58,184 bases of DNA. Source: an uncultured Spirochaetota bacterium. Its GTDB lineage: Bacteria; Spirochaetota; Spirochaetia; SZUA-6; Fen-1364. The position numbers and the translations under genes were made by a program. How positions within the stretch are numbered: position 1 is the stretch's first letter; each line of letters begins with the position of its first letter. The DNA lies in contig CAVUXE010000018.1 in assembly GCA_963745235.1 (NCBI GenBank), forward strand, positions 1 to 58,184. The letters are read 5' to 3'. The notes under the pieces were generated by a model that was not told the DNA's origin, searched no databases, and was given only the letters and a program-made list of their open reading frames with translations. Shown here piece after piece: positions 9,386-18,896 of this stretch.

Positions 9386-9431
9386 TTGTCCAACAATCAG
9401 GAAATATAGCTTATCTTGTAGGACAAAGCAA
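9386..9431 (-). promoter_or_regulatory. Sigma70 promoter with overlapping 11-bp inverted repeat (operator-like)
   Basis: Minus strand TTGCTT-N17-TATATT. Arms TTGTCCAACAA (9386-9396) and TTGTAGGACAA (9416-9426) are inverted with 10/11 match and flank the -10 box. Confidence 0.7.
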
Positions 9432-9510
9432 CTCTCTTGGGACCCGCTGGCCTTTGTGGGGTCACCTCTTTTCTAATCGTCTTCGCTCTCTGAAGGTAGG
9501 AGATTGGCTA

Positions 9511-9618
9511 TTTCTTGGGAAGCGCTCCATCCGAATACACGAGGTCCTCCATCCTCTCAAACTCCCCCATGTACGCCGGATCGAGCTTCCTGATCGTGCT
9601 CAAAGGGTCTTCCGCCAT
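9511..9618 (-). pseudogene. CMD (AhpD-like) family gene, N-terminal half
   Basis: AAGGAG RBS then MAEDPLSTIRKLDPAYMGEFERMEDLVYSDGALPKK, followed immediately by a TAG supplied by the insert. Not in the ORF track. Confidence 0.85.
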
Positions 9619-9630
9619 TCTCGTTCTCCT

Positions 9631-9957
9631 TCAGGACCGTCCAATAAGTCCGTTGATGGAAATGACGACCTTGCCGTCCCTCACAATCACGAGGCAGACG
9701 CCGTTGGAAGGATCGTAGAAATCAAATGCCTGCTGCACCGCGTTGAAGGGATAGGCTGACTTCACGGCACTCTCCGGGCTGACGTACGCCTCCTTGAGCT
9801 GGCTCTCTTCAACGAGGGCAATCACTGCGTGCTTCTCACCAGAGCTTTGGGCGTCTTGAAGCGTCCCCATGAGGGTCGCGTCAGCCATGACGGATCTCGT
9901 CACGCGCCAGTCCAGATCTTGCTCATCCGGGCCCATTTCCTGGTACACGAGATCCAT
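9631..9957 (-). CDS. Hypothetical protein, likely co-transcribed with the CMD gene
   Basis: AAGGAG RBS, 108 aa, stop overlaps the RBS of the CMD gene. Confidence 0.7.
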   Translation of the reverse strand: MDLVYQEMGPDEQDLDWRVTRSVMADATLMGTLQDAQSSGEKHAVIALVEESQLKEAYVSPESAVKSAYPFNAVQQAFDFYDPSNGVCLVIVRDGKVVISINGLIGRS

Positions 9958-10039
9958 GGCTTCTCCTTGCGCCCAGTATAACGAACCTGGATGCAGACCG
10001 CTACTTGATCGCCCGCCCTCCTCCCCCTACACTGTGGCC

Positions 10040-11372
10040 ATGGCGCTTCTCTCAGGTTTGAACAAGATCTTCGTCCTCGACACGAACGTCATCCTCCATG
10101 ACCACAACTGCATCAACTCCTTCCAGGAGCACAACGTCGTCATCCCGATCACGGTCCTGGAGGAGATCGACAAGTTCAAGAAAGGAAACGAGATCATCAA
10201 CTTCAACGCCCGGGAGTTCTCCCGCAAGCTGGACGCCATGGGAGGGGACAAGCTCCTGAGCGACGGAATCCCCCTTGCCAGCGGCGGGACGCTCATCGTG
10301 GAGACGAACGTCAAGCGCGACGGGCTCCTGGGGGAGATCTTCTGGGAGGACAAGCCGGATCACCGCATCATCTCCCTCGCCTACAACCTGGCGAAGGAGT
10401 ACGGCAAGGAGCGGGTGATCCTGGTGTCCAAGGACATCAATATCCGCATGAAGGCCAAGAGCATCGGGATCAAGGCGGAAGACTACGAGACGGGCAAGAT
10501 CTGCAACATCGACGAGCTGTACAAGGGCAAGGTCATCCTGGAGGACGTGGACGGCGGCCTGATCGACGAGCTTTTCCAGGAAGGCTCCATTTCGCTGGAG
10601 AAGGTTCCGACGCAGCGGGTGCCGTTTCCCAACGAATACTTCATCATCAGGAACCAGAGCAAGAGCACCCTGGCCAGTCTACAACGCGGAGGAGAAGGCG
10701 TTCAGCCACATCCAGAAAAGGCGCGCGTACGGGATCGAGCCGCGCAACGCGGAGCAGACTTTCTCCCTGGATGCGCTTTTCAACGAGAACATCCCGCTCG
10801 TCACCATGGCCGGCAAGGCGGGTACGGGCAAGACCCTCATGGCGCTTGCCGCGGCGCTGGAGAAGAGATCCAGCTACAAGCAGATCTACCTTGCGCGGCC
10901 CATCGTGCCTCTCTCCAACAGGGACATCGGGTTCCTTCCCGGGGACATCAAGAGCAAGCTGGACCCGTACATGCAGCCGCTCTTCGACAACCTCACGCTG
11001 ATCCAGAACCAGTTCGAGGAGACAGCCCCCGAGTACAAGCGGATCCACGACATGGTGGAGAACGGCAAGCTCGTGATCACGCCGCTCGCCTACATCCGGG
11101 GAAGGCACCTGTCGAAGATCTACTTCATCATCGACGAGGCGCAGAACCTCACTCCGCACGAGGTGAAGACCATCATCACGCGGGCCGGAGAAGGGACCAA
11201 GGTGGTCTTCACCGGGGACCCGTACCAGATCGACACTCCGTACCTCGACTCGCGCTCCAACGGGCTCACCTGCCTCATCGACCGGATGAAGGGAGAGTCC
11301 CTGTACGCCCATGTCACGCTGGAGAAGGGAGAGAGGTCCCGACTGGCGGAGCTGGCGTCGAACATTTTGTAA
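10040..11372 (+). CDS. PIN-PhoH (PhoH2/YlaK-like) protein; frameshift near 10678
   Basis: PIN motifs FVLDTNV and [12 protein letters not shown]; Walker A GKAGTGKT; IIDEAQN and FTGDPYQID. Confidence 0.92.
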
Positions 11373-11401
11373 GGCGGCCGGGACGTGCTATACTCTTCGT
11401 C

Positions 11402-12144
11402 ATGAGGGCAAAGGTATTCATCTCTCCCTCTTTCTGGCGGCAATCCCTGCGCTCGTTTTTGCCCTCAAGATCTCGGAGCTGGACATCAATGCCGGCCTGC
11501 TCTTCATTGGCAGCTCGCCGCCAGGCGCGCCCAGCCCTCTTGTGCAGACCATCGGGGCGTCTCTGGTCATCCAATCCGATGGTCCGTTTTTCATTGAACC
11601 GACCATCGAGTTCTTCGGCAGCTATTACCAGGTGATTGGCAGCCGCACCGTGCCCGCGCCATATGAGTCGGGAACGAGCTTCCTCACGCTTGCAAGTCTG
11701 ATCACGGTGCAATCAGGACTTATTTACCCGATAACCAAAAACATCGATATGGGGGGAGCGCTGGGGGTAGACTTCCTTATCCGGTTTCCCTTTGAGTTTC
11801 AGAATACAGGCGCGGACACCGGGGACGGGCTGACATATTTCTATTCGCAGGGGCGTTTCATTTACCCCGAGACGAGGTTCATTACGCGTTGGCATGTCGT
11901 AGACGGGGTCACGCTTGCCTTCACGCTCCGCGCGATGTATCCGTTGTTTCACCTGTGGGACGGGGAGGGCCTGCCCTTCTACGACCAATTCATGACCGCG
12001 TTCAATATTGGATTTGTGATCGCCCTGGGCGGCAAGCCGGCAGCAAAGGCGCCCGCTGCGCAAGCACCTGCCGCGGAGGCTCCCGCCACGGAGGCTCCGA
12101 CCACCGAGGCGCCCACCCCGCAGGCGCCCGCCGCTGCTAAATAA
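11402..12144 (+). CDS. Hypothetical exported/outer-membrane protein with Ala-Pro-rich tail; frameshift near 11425
   Basis: ATG 11402 (MRAKVFIS) joins LFLAAIPALVFA in the adjacent frame to form a signal peptide; beta-strand-like aromatic pattern. Confidence 0.65.
12043..12135 (+). repeat. Degenerate 15-bp tandem repeat, about 6 units, encoding x(K/Q/E)AP(A/T)
   Basis: AKAPA AQAPA AEAPA TEAPT TEAPT PQAPA. Confidence 0.75.
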
Positions 12145-13357
12145 AGTTCTCCGTTTCCACTTCCGTCCACACGTCTTCCTCGCGCGCGATCATGAGGGAT
12201 ACGAAAGCCGAGGCAAGGACGTCGATGAACGCCCCGAGCGCCACCAGGACCGGCGCTATGGTGTGGAGGATCAGGTAGCCTTCCTGCAACCCTTTCCCGT
12301 AGAGAGTGCACAGCATGAAGATGGAGAAGTACGCGGCGTTCCCCGGCACGGCTCCCAGGACGAACGACACGAGGAAGGTGAAGAGCATGACCCACAGGGT
12401 CTGGAAAAACGTGATCTCGAGGCTCGAGTAGGATCGGAGGATCAGGATGAAGGAGACGCAGGAGACCATGGCGGTGCCAGCGCGGCCCAGCACGGAGAAA
12501 AGGGGATAGACCGCGGAGCCGACCATCCGGGGAACGCCCAGGCTTTCCTTCCCATGCTTGGTCAGGACTCCGAGGGACAAGTACTGGTCCCCGGAGAATA
12601 GCCCCGCGATGGCCGGACCGATGGAGGCGTACAGCCATTTGTACGGGTTTTCCTTGATCCCGAGGAGGTACAGGGCGCCGGGAAAGACGCCGAATGTCAC
12701 CACGGCAACGTCCACGGCCAGGATGATGAGGATCTGCTTGAACATCCCGAGGTCGGAGTGGACCAGATGCGACATCCACGCCGCCGTGATTGCGATCATT
12801 GCGATTGCGAACAGCTCCACGACGAGCGAGTTCAGGTGGTAGAAGATCCGGGAAAGAGAGTCGAAGATCTGCACGATGGGCCGGGTGAGCTGCCGATCGA
12901 AGTCCAGGTTCACGCCGAGCAGGAATGCGAGCACCATGACCGGCAGGAGGAAGTCTCCGCTGCCGGTGAACACCGCAAACAGGTTGCGCGGGAAAATGGT
13001 CCTCAGGCCCTGGAGAACGCTCACCGGCTCAAAAGCCTTCCCCGCTTCGATGGTGATGGGGATCCTCTCCGGGGGGAAGACCAGGACGGAAAGCGTCCCC
13101 AGGATGACAAGCAGGCCGGCGGAGAGAGCCAGATATTTCAGGCTGGAGAGATACACGCGGCCCAGTCTCTTTTCCTGGCGCAGCTCGGAAGTCCCCATGC
13201 CGAGGGAGAAAAAGATGAAGGGAAAGAGAACATACCTGCCGACACCGATCAGGACACCGGAGAGCGAATCGAAAAACTGCTGGGCCTGAACGGGGATGAC
13301 GAAGCCCAGGACTATTCCGATGACGGAGCCGACCAGCAGCTTGATCCAGATTTTCAT
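12137..13357 (-). CDS. Dicarboxylate/amino acid:cation symporter (DAACS) family transporter
   Basis: Multi-TM protein with IFPRNLF, LGRAGTAM and GAVPG motifs. Confidence 0.8.
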   Translation of the reverse strand: MKIWIKLLVGSVIGIVLGFVIPVQAQQFFDSLSGVLIGVGRYVLFPFIFFSLGMGTSELRQEKRLGRVYLSSLKYLALSAGLLVILGTLSVLVFPPERIPITIEAGKAFEPVSVLQGLRTIFPRNLFAVFTGSGDFLLPVMVLAFLLGVNLDFDRQLTRPIVQIFDSLSRIFYHLNSLVVELFAIAMIAITAAWMSHLVHSDLGMFKQILIILAVDVAVVTFGVFPGALYLLGIKENPYKWLYASIGPAIAGLFSGDQYLSLGVLTKHGKESLGVPRMVGSAVYPLFSVLGRAGTAMVSCVSFILILRSYSSLEITFFQTLWVMLFTFLVSFVLGAVPGNAAYFSIFMLCTLYGKGLQEGYLILHTIAPVLVALGAFIDVLASAFVSLMIAREEDVWTEVETENFI

Positions 13358-13482
13358 GTTCCCCCCGGGTGGCGACGTTCGAGTGAGCCCATCTCTCGCA
13401 GGCGGGAGGGATGGTTTCTCCGAGAGTAGCGGATTCGCCCGGGATTAGTCAATTCGCGCCCGTTTCGCTATACTGTCCCATC

Positions 13483-14325
13483 ATGAAAGGCGTCATTGTC
13501 GCAGCAGGCTACGGCACGCGTTTCCTTCCCGTGACAAAGACAATCCCCAAGGAAATGCTCCCGCTGATCACGAAACCCTCCATCGACTTCATCGTGGAGG
13601 AGCTCCTGGCTTCGGGAATCACCGAGATACTTTTCATCACCTCGCGCAGGAAGAAGGCCATCGAAGACTATTTCGACCGTGAGGTGGAGCTGGAAAGCGT
13701 GTTTCGGGCCGCGGGAGAACAAAAGAAGCTGGACGCCATCTCCCCTGCCAAGGCGTCCTTCTTCTTCGTTCGTCAGGCCGAGATGAAAGGCACGGGGAAC
13801 GCGCTCCTTCTTGCCCGACCTTTCACCGGCAATGAGCCGTTTGTCGTCGCATACCCCGATGACCTTCACTTCGGTGAAAAGCCCCTCTCCCTGCAGCTCA
13901 TCGAGGCGTGGCAGCGGACCGGCTGCACGGTGCTTGCAACGCTGCACGACCCCCCGGACATCAACCGTTACGGCATCATATCGATTGCGCAGGATGGGCT
14001 CCACGTGACGGACATCGTGGAAAAGCCCCCTCGCGGAAAGGAACCCAGCCGGGAGGCGTCAATCGGGCGCTTCCTCTATACCCCGGACTTTCTGGACCAG
14101 CTCGAGAAGGAATGGAAAGATCATGCCGAGGGGGAGTTCTTTCATACGCCGGCAGTCCGGGCGCTCGCCCGCAAGGGCCGCGTTGTTTTCTCGCGCGTCC
14201 AGGGGGAAAGGCTCGATACCGGGGATCCCGGCGGGTACCTGGAAGCAATCATTCGCTACGCGGACGGCGTGCCCTCGCTGAAGAAGGAGCTGGATCGGAT
14301 CCTCGCGGCGCGACCACGCCAGTGA
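13483..14325 (+). CDS. galU: UTP-glucose-1-phosphate uridylyltransferase
   Basis: AAGYGTRFLPVTKTIPKEMLP, VRQAEMKGTG, IVEKP. Confidence 0.9.
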   Translation: MKGVIVAAGYGTRFLPVTKTIPKEMLPLITKPSIDFIVEELLASGITEILFITSRRKKAIEDYFDREVELESVFRAAGEQKKLDAISPAKASFFFVRQAEMKGTGNALLLARPFTGNEPFVVAYPDDLHFGEKPLSLQLIEAWQRTGCTVLATLHDPPDINRYGIISIAQDGLHVTDIVEKPPRGKEPSREASIGRFLYTPDFLDQLEKEWKDHAEGEFFHTPAVRALARKGRVVFSRVQGERLDTGDPGGYLEAIIRYADGVPSLKKELDRILAARPRQ

Positions 14326-14335
14326 TGCCCCGCCA

Positions 14336-14914
14336 ATGACCGAAGCGCGCTCACCGCACCGGCCGCTTCCTCATCTCCCTCCGCTCATCGCGCTCGTCGG
14401 GTTCATGGGCGCCGGGAAAACCACTGTCGGAAGGATCCTCGCCGGGAAGCTTGGCTTCGATTTCATCGACTCGGATGACATCATCGTGGAACAGGCGGGC
14501 GCGCCGATTGCCGCCATATTCAGCTCCCGGGGTGAGGCCGAGTTCCGGCGGCTGGAGGCCGAAGCGCTCCAGTCCCTCGTCGGCCGCTCCCGCCTCGTGA
14601 TCGCCGCGGGCGGCGGCGCGCCCGCCCAGGAAACAAACCGTCGGTTCTTCGCGTCTCGTGCGGTGACATTCCATCTTCGGGTGAGCATGCAGAACGCGCG
14701 CGGGAGGGCGCAGTTGCCCGGCGGCCCGGTGCGGCCGCTTCTTTCCCAGGGGGAAAGTGCCGTCAAGCTCCTGTATGACACCCGCCGGTCAATCTACGAG
14801 TCTCTGGGCCGGCCCGTGGAAACCGACGGCCGCACCCCGGAGGAAGTTGCGGACCAGATCATCCACCTGCTGCGTGATCCCAGGGAGAATCAGCGGACTG
14901 CGGAAACATCGTAA
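14336..14914 (+). CDS. aroK: Shikimate kinase
   Basis: LVGFMGAGKTTVG, DSD, GEAEFRRLE, GGG, RPLL. Confidence 0.93.
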   Translation: MTEARSPHRPLPHLPPLIALVGFMGAGKTTVGRILAGKLGFDFIDSDDIIVEQAGAPIAAIFSSRGEAEFRRLEAEALQSLVGRSRLVIAAGGGAPAQETNRRFFASRAVTFHLRVSMQNARGRAQLPGGPVRPLLSQGESAVKLLYDTRRSIYESLGRPVETDGRTPEEVADQIIHLLRDPRENQRTAETS

Positions 14915-15620
14915 CTAGCTCTGCGAGGTCCAGGCGCGATTCGTAAAGAGCCTTCCCGAGAATGACCCCAGCGACAAGGGGATCCTTTTCGGAGGCTGCA
15001 TTCTCGATATCGCGCTTCGAGCCAATCCCGCCGGAAAGCAGGGTCGGCAGACCCGAGGCCCGCGCGGCTGCATTCGTCCGTCCGACGTCGGGGCCTTCAA
15101 GCGTTCCATCCCTGCTGATGTTCGTATAGATGAGACCGCTGATCCCGATCTCAGCCAGCCCGGCGGCCACCTCCGTGTCAAGGCGGCCTACGGATTCGGT
15201 CCATCCGGAGACGCGAACCATGCCGTCCTTCGCGTCCACGCCGCCAATGAAACGATGGCCGAGACGGGATATCCAGGCGGCAACTTCACCCGGCGAGCGA
15301 ACGAGCACCGTGCCGAGCACTATCACGTTGACGCCGATGTCGAACAACCGCGCTGCCTGCATCTCCGAGCGGACGCCGCCACCGACCTCGAGCCGACAGG
15401 AGACCGAGCCCCGGATGCGTTCTATCGTGGAAAGGTTGTCTTTGCCCCTGCCTTCGGCGGCATCGAGATCGACGATATGGATCCAGCGGATTCCCTTTTC
15501 CTCGAAGCGCCGGGCTGCATCCATAGGATCACCGGGATAGCGTGTTGCGCTGGAAAAGTCTCCCTGCAGAAGCCTGACGCAGAGGCCATCCCGCAGGTCG
15601 ATGGCCGGCACCAGGAGCAT
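14859..15620 (-). CDS. hisA: ProFAR isomerase
   Basis: PAIDLRDGLCVRLLQGD, HIVDLDAA, VGGGVR, YTNISRDGTLEG. Confidence 0.93.
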   Translation of the reverse strand: MLLVPAIDLRDGLCVRLLQGDFSSATRYPGDPMDAARRFEEKGIRWIHIVDLDAAEGRGKDNLSTIERIRGSVSCRLEVGGGVRSEMQAARLFDIGVNVIVLGTVLVRSPGEVAAWISRLGHRFIGGVDAKDGMVRVSGWTESVGRLDTEVAAGLAEIGISGLIYTNISRDGTLEGPDVGRTNAAARASGLPTLLSGGIGSKRDIENAASEKDPLVAGVILGKALYESRLDLAELVTMFPQSADSPWDHAAGG

Positions 15621-15626
15621 TGATTC

Positions 15627-16118
15627 TCAGCTGGCGGCCTGGCAGGCTTGCCGGCCGAGGTCAGCGGCAAGCGCTTCGCGGATCCTGTTTTCGATCTCCC
15701 GCGCGCCAGGGCATGCAAGGATTGACTCACGCAGGGGTCTGTCACGCACACAGCGCACCAGCGTCGAGAGGACCTGCAGGTAGTCCAGGGAAAGATGAGG
15801 AGGAGACGCGATGACGAAGAGAAGGTGGACGGGCTTGCCGTCCGCGGAATCGAACGGGATCCCCGCTCGGGAAAGACCAAACCCGATCAGCACGCGGGGG
15901 AGTCCCTGGATCCGCCCGTGCGCAACCGCCACCCCGTGGCCGAAGCCGGTTGACTGCACTTTCTCCCGCGAGATCACCGCCTCTTCAAAGGACGCGAGAT
16001 TTGGAATATGTCGGAAAACCGGCGCGCGCTGTATGAGCTCTCGAATTGCGGCGAACTTGTCCCCGCTTGCAAGCTCAGCGACCACGGAGCCGCTTTCGAA
16101 ACAACGGTCTATGTCCAT
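15627..16118 (-). CDS. PTS IIA domain protein (fructose/nitrogen type)
   Basis: REKVQSTGFGHGVAVAHG and FDSADGKPVHLLF. Confidence 0.9.
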   Translation of the reverse strand: MDIDRCFESGSVVAELASGDKFAAIRELIQRAPVFRHIPNLASFEEAVISREKVQSTGFGHGVAVAHGRIQGLPRVLIGFGLSRAGIPFDSADGKPVHLLFVIASPPHLSLDYLQVLSTLVRCVRDRPLRESILACPGAREIENRIREALAADLGRQACQAAS

Positions 16119-16318
16119 TCCAGTACCACCACAGTAGAAGCGCCATCCTATCTTTCAGCAACCACGCCTGTCAACAGTCTCAGGCGCTAACCGATTCTTA
16201 ATATAATCATGCCGCGCGCTCTGGACATTCTCCATTTCTGCGTATATCCTAGCGCGTGCGAAGGGTAATTGCTGCGGCCGTGGGTCGCACACCAGAACCA
16301 CCAGGGGAGGGGAAAGCA

Positions 16319-16675
16319 GTGGCAAAGACACCCGTGAAGAAGGCGCCGTCGAAGGTGCCGGATAAGCTCACCGGGGCTTCCATGATCGGATACCTCGCGG
16401 AGAAGAACGGGCTTGCACGGAAGGACGCGAAGCAGGTCATGGAAGACCTGTTTGAGCTTGTGGCTTCAGGCGTCATGCGGGGAGAGCGAGTAGCCATCGG
16501 CAAGATCGGAAAGATGTTCATCCGCGTGCGGCCTGCCCGGGCTGCACGGACCGGGAGGAACCCGCTGACCGGCCAGGAGATCACAATTCCCGCCAAGCCG
16601 GCCACCAAGGTTCCCCGCTTCACATTCAGCAAGACCTTCAAGGAATCCGCGCTGAAGGCCAAGGTGAAGAAGTAG
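16319..16675 (+). CDS. HU family DNA-binding protein
   Basis: ARTGRNPLTGQEITIPAK..PRF; GGAGG before GTG 16319; TGGACA-N17-TATCCT promoter at 16222-16250. Confidence 0.92.
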   Translation: MAKTPVKKAPSKVPDKLTGASMIGYLAEKNGLARKDAKQVMEDLFELVASGVMRGERVAIGKIGKMFIRVRPARAARTGRNPLTGQEITIPAKPATKVPRFTFSKTFKESALKAKVKK

Positions 16676-16685
16676 GGCAATCCGC

Positions 16686-16716
16686 GCTGGCTCCGCGGAG
16701 CATCCGCGGAGTCAGC
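16686..16716. terminator. GC hairpin between convergent HU and mutT genes
   Basis: GCTGGCTCCGCGGA-GCA-TCCGCGGAGTCAGC; no clear U-tract. Confidence 0.5.
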
Positions 16717-17086
16717 CGTACAGTCTTTCGACCACCTTCCTGTCCGAATCCGCAAGGTCAAAAACAGAAAGCTCATCAGGTCTGACCCAGCGCAGCTCCT
16801 GGTGCTCGATGAGCGCGGGCTCTCCCTCGACCCTTTCCACGCTGTAGACAAGAAGCTCCAGGCTTACCCCGTCTCCCTGGTAGAACGCGTTGCAAAGGAA
16901 CTCTCCGATGCGCACCTTGATGGCGAGCTCCTCCAGCAGCTCCCGGGCGAGTGACTCCTGGGGTGTCTCTCCCGGCTCGATCTTCCCACCGGGAAACTCC
17001 CATTTCCCTCCCATGTGGCGTCCGGGCTTCCTGCGTCCAATGAGCACTCTCCCGTTTTCCTGGATGACAGCCGCGGTGACCTTCAT
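16712..17086 (-). CDS. mutT: NUDIX hydrolase, 8-oxo-dGTP diphosphatase-like
   Basis: WEFPGGKIEPGETPQESLARELLEEL Nudix box; ATGA overlap with nth. Confidence 0.85.
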   Translation of the reverse strand: MKVTAAVIQENGRVLIGRRKPGRHMGGKWEFPGGKIEPGETPQESLARELLEELAIKVRIGEFLCNAFYQGDGVSLELLVYSVERVEGEPALIEHQELRWVRPDELSVFDLADSDRKVVERLYG

Positions 17087-17763
17087 CTGGACTTCGTTAC
17101 TCCCACCCTGGCACACCACGACGTGATGGGACAGATGCTGCAGCGGGGAGAGATCGGAGTGCAGACGACCTGTCCGAACCTGACCAGCAGCTCATTGATG
17201 CTGATCCAGTATCGCCGAGGAAGGACCTCCATGAGGGCCTGCTCGGTTCCCGCGGGGTTCCGCGTCCTCACCCACCCCGTCCTGTTGGAGATGCGATGCA
17301 CGTGCGTGTCCACGCAGATCCCCGGCAGGCCGTACCCCAGGTTGAGGACCAGGTTGGCGGTCTTTCGCCCGACGCCCGGGAGGGCAAGAAGCTCGTCCAT
17401 GGTCCGCGGCACGCGGCCTTCGTGCTCCTTAACGAGGATGCGGGCCGTGCGGCGCAGAGCCCGGGCCTTGGTGCGATAGAATCCCGCGGGGTAGATGAGC
17501 CTGGCGATCTTTGACTCCGGCAGGCCGGCGAGCGCGGCGGGGGTTGCGGCGGAGGCAAGGAGCCGATCCGATGCGACGCGAGTCACCGCGTCCTTGGTCC
17601 GCAGGGAGATCATGGTAGCCACGAGGACCCGAAACGGAAGGGCGGAAGCGTCAGAGGGATCGCTGTTGTCACGCGCAACTTCTGAGACAGAGGGCAGACC
17701 GGTCAGGGAATCCAGGGCGGCCGTCATCCTCCGCACGATTCGGTCCCAGGGCGGAGGAGTCAC
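17083..17763 (-). CDS. nth: Endonuclease III
   Basis: HhH LPGVGRKTA, VDTHV and 4Fe-4S motif CTPISPRCSICPITSWC. Confidence 0.93.
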   Translation of the reverse strand: MTPPPWDRIVRRMTAALDSLTGLPSVSEVARDNSDPSDASALPFRVLVATMISLRTKDAVTRVASDRLLASAATPAALAGLPESKIARLIYPAGFYRTKARALRRTARILVKEHEGRVPRTMDELLALPGVGRKTANLVLNLGYGLPGICVDTHVHRISNRTGWVRTRNPAGTEQALMEVLPRRYWISINELLVRFGQVVCTPISPRCSICPITSWCARVGVTKSR

Positions 17764-18287
17764 TTCACATTGACTTTGAGCTTCGAGAACACGAGCTGCT
17801 CGACTTCTTCCTTGCTCTTGAGCAGTGAGAAGGAGATCTCATCTATCAGAAGCTTCAACGCGCTGTCGTACAGCTTGCGTTCCAGGATGGGCAGCTCCTT
17901 GATCCTGCTTCGGTGGTACAGTGCGCGAACGACGTTGGCGATGTCGATGATGCTGCCTTTCTTCAACAGGTCGAGGTTCATCTGGTAGCGAAGCTTCCAG
18001 TCAGCCAGCACCGGTTCGTATTCTTCCGCAATGAGCCGCAGCGCCCTCTGAGATTCCTTCTTGCCGACAATGGCCCGAATGCCCAGGTCGTCCGCCTTGT
18101 CCACCGGCACCATGATGGTCATGTCTGATACCTCGAGGTAGACGATGTAGTACAGGAGCTTCCTGTCCCGAAAGGGCCTCTCCTCGATGGCGCGAATGTG
18201 GCCCACGCCCTGCAGGGGATAGACTATCTCCTGTCCCACCTTGTACTTGGTGGGCGCGTGCCGAGCAGGCTTGCGAGCAGATTTCAT
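17760..18287 (-). CDS. carD: CarD family transcriptional regulator
   Basis: YKVGQEIVYPLQGVGHI, IMVPV..LGIR, WKLRY. Confidence 0.9.
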   Translation of the reverse strand: MKSARKPARHAPTKYKVGQEIVYPLQGVGHIRAIEERPFRDRKLLYYIVYLEVSDMTIMVPVDKADDLGIRAIVGKKESQRALRLIAEEYEPVLADWKLRYQMNLDLLKKGSIIDIANVVRALYHRSRIKELPILERKLYDSALKLLIDEISFSLLKSKEEVEQLVFSKLKVNVK

Positions 18288-18384
18288 ATGCTCCATTGTA
18301 ACCCAGTTTCTCGGGACGGTCAAACCCATGGGGCCGCCGATAGCCGCCGAGGCCGCGGGGTGTCAACGCCGGGCCCTGCTCCAC

Positions 18385-18876
18385 CTACTCCAGAGTCACC
18401 CTCAGCGTGTAGAACCGATCCCCTCCCGCGACATTTACGCACATCCGCAGCCACACCTGCCGTGCGCTGAGGGGTTGGATTGCAAGCTTCGGGGGACCCC
18501 ACCCTCCCGCGGTCGAGCCGACTCTGTTTGACGGATACACGGTGACTGACACGCGAGACCCGGCCGCAACCGCGCTTTCCTGTTGCACTCCGTAAGCGTC
18601 TTTGTAGGCGCTGGTCTCCAGGTACACCGGCTGCGCGTCGGAGTCCAGGATGATGGAAGACTTCTCCCACTTGATTGCCACGGGCGTGGTGCCGGCATTC
18701 TCGCACTGCACGGTGAGACCTTCCGGGGATCCTGAGCCTTGCGGCACGAATCCCAGGAGGGAGATTCTCACGACCCCGTCGTTATACGTGTCATCAAGGG
18801 CTGTGGTGTACCGAAGCGGCGCCGACACACAGGATGCAAGGATAATGGCGAGACATGACCCAAGGACGGCCTTCAC
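18385..18876 (-). CDS. Hypothetical lipoprotein
   Basis: Lipobox ILASC after a hydrophobic stretch. Confidence 0.7.
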   Translation of the reverse strand: MKAVLGSCLAIILASCVSAPLRYTTALDDTYNDGVVRISLLGFVPQGSGSPEGLTVQCENAGTTPVAIKWEKSSIILDSDAQPVYLETSAYKDAYGVQQESAVAAGSRVSVTVYPSNRVGSTAGGWGPPKLAIQPLSARQVWLRMCVNVAGGDRFYTLRVTLE

Positions 18877-18896
18877 AGAGATCCTCTGCCTGGAAT

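Larger units (their letters stand above)
7600..9510. mobile_element. 1911-bp non-autonomous insertion inside the CMD gene
   Basis: Removing it rejoins ...GALPKK to IKYLMA... in frame, giving a 100-aa protein. It has visibly lower GC than the flanks and no integrase or transposase. Confidence 0.8.

Noticed and set aside
14859-14914. Convergent 3' overlaps (aroK/hisA, rlmE/enolase-like, TrmH/hypothetical)
   Set aside because: Short tail overlaps are common in compact GC-rich genomes, and nothing suggests a function.
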